Of a DNA stretch of 64,000 nt, positions 37,711 to 49,581 are shown in pieces. Every line of letters starts with the position of its first letter. Position 1 is the stretch's first letter. A model generated the notes under the pieces. It had not been told where the DNA came from and made no database searches. It worked only from the letters and a program-made list of their open reading frames with translations. The stretch covers positions 434,001 to 498,000 of the forward strand of contig JBLDXI010000021.1 of NCBI GenBank assembly GCA_047495785.1, written 5' to 3'. Both the position numbers and the translations under genes were made by a program. The DNA is from Lepidodermella squamata (taxonomy: Eukaryota > Animalia > Gastrotricha).

Positions 37711-40582
37711 ATGAATCAGCGGGTGAATCATGCTGAGCGAAGTGCGCCGTGTGTGTTTGTGCAGCTGTTGGGTGAGTCATCGTCATAGCAGATAGCGCTA
37801 TATGAAGTATTTTATTGTCTGTGTGCGGTGTTTCGCGTGAGCGTTCGTCGTCGCTGCCTTTGTTTTCCAAAGTATTATTAGTTTTGGTTCGTTGTATATT
37901 ATTTGGTTTGGCGGCCGCCTCAAAAACTGGTTGTTGTTCGCGGTTAATTTTTACAGCAAACATGTTAATAGCGTTGAGGTGTGAAATGGTGTCAACATAA
38001 GCGGTCACACTTAGCGATTTGAAATTGCAAAATATATATACCACCGCTCATTTTACTGTCATAGAAACTGAGAGAAAAATAATACCCAGCATAATAGTAA
38101 CATAAATTGAAACAAAACACCATTCACCGCCGTTTTGTAATCATCATCATCATCGCCATCTCGTGCGCCCTATATTGACAAACGTCATTCGCATAACAAG
38201 AACGAAACTTGTTTTTAAAGCCGATGAAACTAGATATAACATGCGAGTATTTTGCGGCTTATAAGTCACTCTGAGAAAAATGGCCAGGGAAAGTTTGTTA
38301 CTAATCGCTACGTTTTTTACCTGTCGCATCGATGCCCTCGTTTTTCGAGAGACGCAAAATACCAGACACGCAGCGGTGAGTGCTTGAATGCAATCGAATT
38401 TGCTCATTATGCTTCCTTCCTCATCTCACAGCCTGCCCCGCCGGTGAAATATTTTGAGAGTCCTAACTTGGCCCCTATTGAAATCAAAGAATGCGGGGTG
38501 GTGAAATCGAATCGATCAATATTGACCGGTAACGTTACCGCGGAATGGAGCGAATTTCCATGGATGGTTCGCTGATCATTCATTTGAAAATAAGAGCTCT
38601 ATATATTTTTGTTTCAAGGTTCAACTGGATGTTATCTTCAAATCGGAGGTGCAACCACGTCTTTGCGAAGCAGTACTGATAGCAGATCAGTGGCTTTTGA
38701 CGGCTGGACAATGCGTTATGAAAGACGACGAGCTCGTTACAATGTGATTTCAAACTAACCAATTAAATCCCTCTTTTTTCATTGTATGAATTATGCAGCA
38801 TTGTAGCCCACATGGGCAAGCATAATGCATCGATGAATGGCGAGCCGGGTGAGCTGGTTCAGTACGTCGAAGCAATTCTACATCCAAATTTTTCAACTGA
38901 GCGCTGGTCCCTCTTGTACGAATACGATTTCGCGCTGCTTAAGCTTCGCCGACCTGTTCCGTTTTCATCGCAAATCAGTCCTATCTGCCTGCCCGATGAC
39001 ATTTGCCAGGATGCTTCGAAGATGAGCAATTATCGAAGCTTCTGCGACGACGTGATTGCCGTTCAATGGGGTGCGGATTTATATCATTCGATAATTCGTT
39101 TCCTGCATCGTTTTATTCCAATTTAGATTTCCAAAGTCGAGTCCTTGTCAAAAGCAATATCACTGTTCAGGATGCTGACTCTTGCGATGCGGCGTTGACC
39201 GAGTATGAGATAGCTGATATCCCTCGCGACAAGATGTGTACAACCAAAACAGCGGCGGGAGGTTGTTTTCAGAACAATATCGGCGGTCCTATGATGTGTC
39301 GCAAGGGCTCAAAATACTTCACCCTCGGTATCATGTCCGGGGCGCTCGATGAAATTTGCCCAAGCACGGGCAATCCGTTGATTTACAGCCGCATTTGCCA
39401 CGCTATGGATTGGATACGAAAGGTCACGGCACCAGCTGCAACTCAAAAGCTACATCATCGCAACCATAATTCCGCTCGATATTTTGTAACAAAAATTTTG
39501 AAACTGAGAGCAATTTAGAATCATTTCTGCGCTTATTAGGGTCAAGTAATGTCCGACACTCCAATGAATACTTACAACAGCCTAGAGGACTTTCAGAATG
39601 CCCGTCTCTCGCCAGGTAACAATTGTTGGCTAAAATTCCTAGCCCCCAATTTTCTCAACAACATTTGACAGCTCTGCAACACGCTTGCACTGTTCCTTCT
39701 ATCAGCAATGGCAGGGTCTTCGCCGATGAAGAAGAAATGCTCTACAACACATTGATGCCAGTCAACTCTGTCATAACCGTCTTATGCTCGACCGATCTCG
39801 GAATATCCGTAACTGAGAGCGTATGTCTTTCGACCGGACTCTGGTTTCCTGGTCCTAAAGATTGTGACAAAGAAGGTTTCTCGAGCTATTATTCTAACTT
39901 TTCTACATCTACATTCAATTCTCTAGGAACTCGAGCTGACGTTGCAGATGAAGGAGTTTTAATTGAGGAAGCTAAGGCACCAGAGGTGACAAAGATAAGC
40001 ATTGAAAAGCCTGAGAAACCTGAGAAACCTGTGCAAATCGAGCTCGGGGGCGCAGCTGCGGCTGGTCGGCCTGCGGATGTGAAGGATTTGTTGCGAAAGG
40101 GTGGGGCTGATGTCAACGGCCGAACCTACGACGGGTCTTTATTCTGCGGTTGGGAGCGGATGAACAACGCAACAGCTTTGATCATCGCAGCAGCCTGCAA
40201 CCAGTCCGCTGAAGTCGTTCGACTTCTGCTCAGCAACGGAGCTGACCCAAATATTGAGGCGAGTGACGGCACCACAGCCCTCATCGCAGCGGCTTCCTGG
40301 GGACGAGTCGACGTTATGTACGCTCTAATGGAAAGGGGAGCTGATGTGAATCTGAAGAACAAAGTTGGCAAAACGGCGCTTATGAAGGCAGCGAGTAACG
40401 GCAACTACAACGCGGTGTCTTTGTTGCTTGAGCGAGGCGCAAATGTTGATGAAAGTGACGTAGATAACTGGACAGCTCTCTCTACTGCAGCCTTCTATGG
40501 GCATGCTCGTATTGTCCGGCTGCTGGTGGATAACGGGGCTGATAGATCGAAATGCTCATACGCTTTGTGCACGTCACTTTAA
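37711..40582 (+). CDS. Catalytically inactive trypsin-like domain + CCP/sushi + ~5 ankyrin repeats (5' exons uncertain)
   Basis: ECG...EFPWMV, LCEAVLIADQWLLTAGQC (His->Gln), YDFALLKL, SPICLP and CFQNNIGGPMMC (Ser->Ile). In-phase intron 39486-39539 leads on to the sushi domain CTVPSISNG...C...C...GLW...C, then ankyrin repeats (TALIxAA...GADxN). Start 37711 is tentative; the core is secure from ~38250. Confidence 0.72.
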
Positions 40583-40918
40583 AGCGCATCCTTTTCAACA
40601 AATTGACTGTGAAACCTATTTAGATTTGACAGTCGCTACGCATTGAAAAAGGAAAGTAGTGCTTTTTTTATTTATATTTTGGCAATCGTCTCAGCTACAC
40701 TGTCAGTTTTCACGATTCATATGTCGGGCTGTCTTATCAAGAAGTGACTAGATAAACCGATAAACCTTGACTGCACTAATGCGCAGGGGATGTCACGCTG
40801 CATAAACTTACGTGCAAATTGTATTATGACCTTTCCAACCCTGCTGCTGCTTTTACATTTGCAATAAAATGGTTGATTTTTTTCGCAATGAGGCGTTTTG
40901 AATAGAGTTTTGAATAAC

Positions 40919-43900
40919 ATGGGTAATTTCGGCTTGTTCTGGGTCTTTTTAATTTCGCTCTACACAAGCGAGGTCATTGGCAACCAGAACTGTTCAACGC
41001 AATATACTACAATGGAAGAGGTATGAATAACTCCAATCAGGTACAACCTTTTTTCATCATACTGCGTACAGTACCTACAAAGCGCAACGTCAGTATATTG
41101 GGCAAAGGTTTTGAGAATTTATGCTGAGCCTCATGACCCGAGGCCGAAAACTGATCTCCTCTCATGCGACCCAGCCGATTGCCTTACTTGCGCTTTAAAT
41201 CGCCAAATTGTTACAGTCCGTTTGCCATTAGACAGCTGGAAATCTGCTTTGAAAGTGGGATCAAATTACATCATTGCTACCAAGTCTTTCGATGGACCTG
41301 AGCCTCAGCTTATGCCGGTCTTCTGCCCTATTGAGGTGTTGCCTTATCAGTGGGCTCGGTTCAGGGCACTGTGCGATTTTCAAAAATCAGGCGTTTACAA
41401 CGGTTATCGAGTTAAGCCAAAAAATTCCACATGTCCGAAGCTTCCCGGCGAATGTGTAAGTGGTAAGACGATCGAACAGCTTTATCATGAAGCCGAAGAG
41501 TTCAAGTACCTTGGTAAGCCTTAACGCAAATTTACGGATTTTCTTATTACTACCGTTTTATCAGTCGATCAGCCAGCTCTTTCGGTCTGTGTACAATATT
41601 CGACAAGTTTTAGCGATAGGTTGGCCTTTTCCGGTGCGGCCAGTTTGATCTATGACGTTAAAAGCAAGGGTGTTGATTTGTCGGGGGAATTTCAAGAAAT
41701 CGAAGCAAAGATTTGCAACGACGAGAGATGTCCGGCTTTCAAGTATAGTAGCCAAGCAAAGGCAGAATGTAATTCAACCTTGGGAAATGCAGCGAATTTG
41801 ATACTGGAAAGTCAAGATTTTTGCTTTCAAAGTGAGTGCATTTCACAACCCTTCGAAAATGTCTCATTTTCGATACTTTGCAGAGACCAAAGACAACTCG
41901 ACATGCTTCCAATTTTTTCAAAATTGGCCGGCTAGCAACATTCTGCCGAGTGATACCTTCCTGGTTTTTCATACGCCCATTCGCTGCCCATTGAATAAAG
42001 TGTGGATCATGGCTGAACCGGTGCTTTTGAGACCATGGTCTCCTGGGTGGCTAAAAATATCTCAGTTATGTTACTTTTCCGCGAGGCAATGTGATTGCCA
42101 ACAAGATTACGACTTTTCATTGCCTTCATACCAACCAACACCACCTCCGACTACACCAAAACCCACTGAAGAAGGAGGACATAAAATCTGCGAAATCTCG
42201 GATCCATCTTGCCCCCAAAACAGTGATTGCCTATCGGAGAGGATGAAGTTATCAACTGCAGGTAAAATGATGAATAACTTAAAGCTCCAATAAGCAATTG
42301 CTACCATTTTCCCCCAAGTTTTCTTCGGTAAGGAAGCCATAGACGTCGGGGGAATCTACTCAATTCAGTCAACTTGCGTTTTTTCGGAATCATCGTCTTC
42401 GCACCAAATATCGCCAGGAGAAAATGTTTTCGTCCGATGTAAGATTGGAATATATTTTTCAATTTTATCATCCTAACACATTTCACAGATCCCGGAAACT
42501 TGAATCCAAACGTTAGTTCTTGCCTGATTGTAGCATGATGTGCATGATCTCGCAAAAAAACAGGAAAACTGTGCTGCAATCGTTCCTCCCAAAGCAAAGG
42601 GAAATTATTTACACTTCGTTACCAGGGATGAAGATGGTAATTTCACTGCGTCTGCTGCGTCCATCTCGGCAGATACAGACGATTCGTGGTCACTGATTAA
42701 ATTGCAGTGCGGATCCACGATGCAGCCTTCAGCTCTTTCTACTCCCAAGCCTTCTTCTTGTAAAAAGGCACAAGGAGTTGGCGATTGCACTGCTAGTCTC
42801 GATTCGCCAAGTAAATGCCTTGCCCATGTTTCTGCTAGCGAACTATCGGAGCTCAATTATCCACATAAATCGTGTGCGGATGGTCACTGTAATGATCCGT
42901 GGTGGAGTGATTGTTTGAGCAGTAGAATTGCTCTGTCAGAGATGGGTAGGAACGTGTGTGATTGCGTAATCTTCGTAAACTTTAGCTGCCTCATTAGTTT
43001 ATTGGGGTCATGTTAAAAGCGTGAACGGAGATAATACGATCGATATCGAGGTGACATGTATTCTCAAGGGATACCTCGCAAATAAGGATCCCCCGACACT
43101 TAAGGTGCATTTATATCCCGGTTGGTTTTTCGCAACTTTCAACAAGCAAAGCTTTAACGATTTTCACTAACAGCAACTGGCTCGCCTAATTTATGGCCTG
43201 GTACAATCAACAAAAACAGCTCCATTTACCACATGTTTTTCATCAAACGGGATGGATTTAAGGCTCAATATTTCGAATTGGCTGCGGATACGATTGAAGT
43301 GTCGCCTGGGGAAGCGTACGAGCTAGCTCTGAAACAGTGTGGCATCTCGCCTTCGCCGACTGATCTTGGATCGGGTACGGCACTCAAAGGACACAAATTT
43401 ACCATAAACATTTTTTCTTATTCAGAGCAATTGTGTGGGTTACGAAAGGCGGACCCAAATGGGCCGGGGTGTTTGTCTGACGTTTCTGTTTCCGAAATCG
43501 ATGCTATCAACAACTATCCACCAACAGCGGGTTGTGAAAACCGTCCCACGGATCCCAAGTCATGCGATAGTGACTGGCTTGCTGATAGGTTTGGAAGATC
43601 ACTGGATGGTAAGCTTTCATCTAATCTATCAAAAGATGTGCGATCATTCTTCGATTGCTAGTTTTTCTCGGCCAGCTCGCTAATCCGATGAGTATGAACG
43701 GCCCCATTCACTGTTTCTTGAAGAGAACTTTGCCTGCTAGTGGCGATCCTTTTCCTACAATACCTGACTGGTTCGACGTAACATGTATGTTAAATGGAAG
43801 CATTAATCTTGTTATGGATTCGCATTTTTCATAGATCCCTACGGAGAATGCCATAATAAAACAGTCGGCATGATCGATCCGAACAAGTTCTACATTTTCT

Positions 43901-46900
43901 TTTCCAACGAATCGATTTTCCCTTTCAAGCGTGCTGTTCGATTTAGCGCGATGCCAGTGAAAATCGAAGATGACAAGACTTGGAATTCAGTGAAGAGACT
44001 GTGCCAAATTAAACTAGAACCGACTAGTCGAGCTGGCAATATTCCATCTTTAAGTATTCGTCTCTTTACACACAAAAAACTTGAAGACATTTTTTTTTAT
44101 AACTATTGCAGTTGGAGATTGTTTGCCGATTGATCGAAAGCCATGCTTCTGCAACATTTCTGTTCCGAATCTGCCATCACTGTATGCAGATCCTACTACT
44201 ACCACTACTACAACAACTACTACTACTGTGGTACCATTAAAGAGCACCAGTATGGTATCGCCCGTGGATGGGGTAACGAGAATCGGGTGTGATAAGATGC
44301 CTGATGTATCGGACAAGTGTAACTCAGATTGGATTCTCGATAGAATGGACCTTTCGACGGAAGGTTAGTAATTAGTGCATTATTTCCTGAGACCTTCTTA
44401 CTTCTTCATGTATCATTCTCCAAGTTTTTTGGGGCACAGTTACTTCAATAGAGCAAATCACTATTCATTGCTGGCTGAAAAAAGGCTCAGACATTGATCC
44501 TGCTCAAAGCCTCGCACCCATAGTCATCGGTAAATTTCTCTCCAATCCAATAAATACATTTCGAGCTTTCCTTGTGTTACCAAGAGGCTGATGAATTCTG
44601 CGGGGCTAAGATACGCGATTTGCTCCACGTACAGTCCCATTATTTGTTCTTCTCAAAGTCTAACATTCCCGGCAAACTTGTCTACGTTCCTTCTGCTCTT
44701 CCTATTGCGATAACCGACTTCCGACAATGGGAATCTATAAAAACTATATGCGATGGCAATCTTTCAATGCCAACATCGGTAACTCCTAACGACTTCCCTT
44801 GTAAGTTGTTCAATTCGGGAATGAAATATGAAGACAAGTCTTGAAAATGAAAGGGAACGATTGCATTGCCTATGACAAGTATACTTGTCACTGCAACGTC
44901 ACTGTATCTTCTTTGACTACGGCAACGCGGACTAGGATTCGCCGCTCATCGCCACTTGCTTCACTTGCTTCAGCTTCGGAATGTGACCAGCTTTCTGACA
45001 GCTTGGCTACTAGATTCACTTTGGATGGGAAGCTGACCATGGGCGTTAACCCATCAGGACTTTTTTGGGGTGAAGCGACAGAAACGCTGCAAGATCGGTT
45101 CGAGCTATTGGTAGATTGCTCTTACGCGCAGCAAAACTATTCTGCTGGAGATCATTTAACACTCCTCGCTCCAGGTAGTATAAGTTCCTAGATCATTCTT
45201 TACCTCTGATCTTCTCTCATTCAAATTACAGCTGGCGCAGTTTGCTTCCCCTATTGCACCGTTGATCAAGTGTTGCGCTCAAGCTATAAGCAAGTGATTC
45301 TCGCTGCATTGACTGGCGATGACTTTTTACACGGATTGGCTGAGCCGCTTCTTGTGAGCTCTGAGACAGCTTGGGCTGCCATTCAAAAAATGTGCCTGTT
45401 TCGGCGATTCAGCCAAATGGGTCGCTCAAGGGACTGCCTTGGGGAAATCCCTGACGTTGATGGTTGTTTCATGGATTTGTCAGCAACCAGCCTTGGCTAC
45501 GCATCTCTCGACTTTAACTTGCTTGGTTAGGTTTAATTATCACCGGCTTATAAAATTTAAAAACTTTCCTTATAGGCCACAGATGCAAAGCCATATCACC
45601 TGATTTGCTGATTGAGCGGTTGAACCTGGCAACATACGTCGCATGGGGTTATATTTCCCGCATTGATTTCAACCGAAGGAGCTTTGTGTTTTCTCCTAAA
45701 TGCAAGCTGAAAGATCAGGATATAATCCACGTCAAAGAAACTGCTTTCGAAGTTTTAGGTAAGGCTGAAACAAAACCACCTGAAATTTAATGTTGTTATC
45801 ATCTTGAATCAGTGGACGAAAATATTGACGGATGCTTCATGATTGACGATGCCGTAGTTGATCTCAAAAAGCCGATAATTGTCTTCTTGGATTCCAATCA
45901 AAAAATGATAGCGAGAGAAATTTTCGCGGACAAATACCAGCTTTCTGTTTTCCTTGCGTCTTGTGATACCATGGTGTTCAAAACTGATAGTCCGGAGTGT
46001 AAACCACTCTTGTCCAGAGAGCAGCGTTGTTTCGCTAGTCTTAGCATATCTGCGGTTACTCAGCTAGCCGAAGGACAACAGCAGCCATTTACGCCTATTA
46101 GTATTGTGGAGCACTTCTGTGCTGACGTAGAATCGAAACTTTCCGCAGTGGCGGCTAAAGCCGATGAAATTGTCTGGGGAACAATCGAAACTATTTTCCC
46201 CGTCACTAGTCCAGACCTCGTTAATACTAGCGATCAACTGGTCGCAATTGGCTTTGTCCCTCATTGCTTCATGCTTGGAAACGTAACACAAGGTTCGACG
46301 TTCGGTATGCGATAGCTTTTATCACAATTCAGTCTTCCAATTACTAATATGATCCTATATAGTGAAAACCAGCATTCTAATGTCGACTTTGCACGTCGGT
46401 TCGGACTATATTTTTGTTTTGCGGCAAATTTTCAACTCACCGTGGCCGGTCGTCGCAAATGAAGTTATTGCACCTCCGGTTCCTGCATCTAGAAGACTTT
46501 GGCTAAAGATCAGCCAGTCAAGATTTATAACGCCATCAATAAGTGTCAGTCCCCAAACTGGTACTAGGTGTGGAGATACGGCGGCTGTGAGCAGCGCTGC
46601 TACACCCAGCAGTGACGGTGACATAGACTTTGCCTCCTTAGAAATATCTTGTCCGGGAGCATCAGATGACTTGACGGACCGCTTAAACCCTGGCGATTAT
46701 GCTACTGATACAATCTGGGGGAAAGTCGTCGAGGCCAAAATAATCTCACGGCCCTTTTCCGCGCCCAGCTTATTTTCAAAAGCAAGATTTCTGGTACCGC
46801 TCAGAGCCGCCGTTTCGAGCGTCGTTATTCAAAGAATAACACTTCTCCCGATCTGTCAAATTTCTGGGGAGGTCAGGCATCTCTTAACAAAGGATGGAAA

Positions 46901-47646
46901 CATCGAAAGCGAATGTATGGGTAGAAAAATATCGGAGTCAATGTCTATACTGATTTCTTATTTAGATTTTGAGGCGGACTGCTTCCACGAGGAAAACTTC
47001 CGGGTCGAAGAAGGACTTAAATACCTATCTTTTATAAATGTGAAAAACGATGTCATGCAAGCCTCCCCAATTCCGGTGAACGATAGTTCAATGGAGATTG
47101 TTGGCAATTCTTGCGACATAGATCCACCAGATGAAGCCAGCTTTGGAGGTACTTACCTGGATAACTATGTTTACAAATTGAAAAAAACTGCTTTTCTCAG
47201 GTCTTGATGATTTTTCATGTCCAAGGGTTCCGCCACAGCCTCCGCTATGTGAGAAATATGTTAGTGTTGCTAAAATCAAAATACCGATCGCAACTAGCTC
47301 GAGTTTGCAGTGGTGGGAAATATTGCTGATCAGTTCTGCCGTGGTAATAATGGTTGCCATCGGCTTTGTTATCCTTGTTAGGAGGAAGCGAGCGAGATAT
47401 CGCCAGGTGGAGTATTGGATGGACGAAATCGACAGAGATCCCGTGCAACAATGGGAAACTGCCGAAGAATCTCAGCCTGAGGTGACGCTAACCCAAAGGA
47501 TATTAGCGGATGCATTCCACAGTGACTCTGATGATGCCAGTCTCAATTCACCGGACCATGACAGGATGAGGACATATCGGTTACTGCCCGCGGCTGAAGG
47601 CATTCATGCTGCCACACCTACGGATGAAGGAAATCAAATCGCTTAG
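40919..47646 (+). CDS. Paralog D: type-I membrane protein with ~10 tandem NtA/NTR-like modules
   Basis: Signal peptide MGNFGLFWVFLISLYTSEVIG. Repeated C.SD(C/W)L..R...S..V(F/Y)WG...C.LK modules. The last four modules are collinear with A/B (GCFMDL, ADEIVWGTI, LHVGSDYIFVL, ICQISG, EADCFH). TM WWEILLISSAVVIMVAIGFVILV followed by RRKR. Confidence 0.85.
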
Positions 47647-49581
47647 CCGGATTTGAGGATGTTGAGACTGCTTATTACTACGGGATTTCATATTAAATGC
47701 GGCTTTTTCTCGTAAATAAATCGTAGAGAGCTTTGGTTTTCTCCGCATTTTATATCACGGAATACTAAGGCTAACTGAGGCTTCGTTGAAACGCAGTGGA
47801 ACGGTATAGTCCAGATGATCCCCTCTACCCTGCCACCAGTCACCGTCCTTGTAAACGCACGCGTTGCAATCAAAACCGAAGCATCCGGTAGGACGATCCG
47901 GGCTTTTGGTAGGTTCACACTTCTCTACGTGTCATGGCAACGAAGAATGAACCGAAGATCGGTTACTGTAAAAGATCTGCAGAGAAAACTAACATGTGGT
48001 GGAGGTGGGGAGCACCATCGCAAGTCGATTCGATTCGATTTCAAGGCGCTGATTCGGAGACCACATCTTTGAGGATGCCCAAAAACATCCTCGACTGAAT
48101 TTTCTCATGCAGCAAATAATAACTAGCAATTTTTAAGCAAGTCACCAAATGTTATTAAAATGTATTGTTACTGCAAAATATATTTTGAAAATGTCTTATG
48201 TATGAAGAATTTTTCAAATTAACCGCGCGTAAATTATCTGGCAGCAGTTTCCGGACGTCAAACTCTGACAAGTTGCAGAACATCTGTTCTAGTCTTTATT
48301 TGCTGGATGTATGCGGTAGTGTCCCACTTGCTACGTCGGTTTAACCAAAGGCTGATCATTGACCATTGCCATTTGCCATGACATCAACTGTTCTTTTAGG
48401 TGCGTGGTTCCCTTACGACAAATTAGCTGCGCTGATCGTTCCATTCCATATTCCTACTTACATTTGCCTCAGTGTGAATCAAATGATTCGAATGATCTGA
48501 AGGCTTTTTGATTGTATTTTATCGTTCATCGCCGTATGTCGAATAATCGGCAACAGGTTTTCTCTCGCATTTAACCAGGCCTATATTACCTGAATTGATG
48601 GCAGGGTCTAAGTATCCATCAATTATTTTGTTTAAGCGTTAATGTAAAATCGTCGTTTTCTTTTATATGGTCATGCCGTTATCTTTTTCTTGGACGGTTT
48701 GCCTAATCGCCTGGGTAATTGAGTGTTGAGTGAACACCTGACAGTTGTGTAGGTAATTGGTACTTGGTTTCAACCACCAATTGAGACTGACTTAGTTGTT
48801 TCTCCTTTCCTCAACTGTTCGCATTATAGATGCCCAATTTTGAATTTCATTTCAAACTTTTGATAGTTAATGGATAGCAGGGTGGTTGAAGTATTCTTAC
48901 TTGTCATGATTAACGTCGAGATTTGCTTTGATATCATCAAATAATATGCAACAGAAAAACTTACCTGGTACTGATTGGTAGGAGCTTTCTTCAGCTGTAT
49001 GTTGCCAGTTACTATTAGACCATATTATTCTTTTCGACAAATGTTGCTGGCCTGTAACTCGTTTTAGCGAAAGTGAAACTTTCAAATCTGTTAGTCGACC
49101 GGTAACTTCGAAATCTTGCTTTTTGCTTAGTAGTTCATTGAAAAATCAATGTTCCGTCCAATTTTAAGTATCAGATTGCCTAAAGACACGGGTATTTACA
49201 TTTAACAATTATTTGTTGTACAGGATTGACTGGGGCAGTTGAACTTTTGATGAATAGTGAACACGTAGTAATTTTTAAAAGCTAATACTTATAGGAAGCT
49301 CAAAACTTCGTTGATTTTTCAAGTATTTGCCGTTTACGACAAATGCCATAACGGGCATTGAGTTTTCCTTTTGTTGCTGCCTTGCGTGACAGGTGCCCGT
49401 TTAAGGGATTTAATTCGAAAATGTTTGCAACTTTCAACATATCCAGATTTTCATTTTTCTCAACTTCAAGTTATTATTGTTTATTCTTTAATGAAGAATT
49501 CTCTGGAAACATCATGCTTTTAGTGTGCTGATTTAGGGACGAATTAATTTGTTTAGACACTTCGCGGTTGTCAGCCCACAG

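Noticed and set aside
47815-48072. 85-aa ORF downstream of paralog D
   Set aside because: No recognisable motif, splice structure or link to the family.
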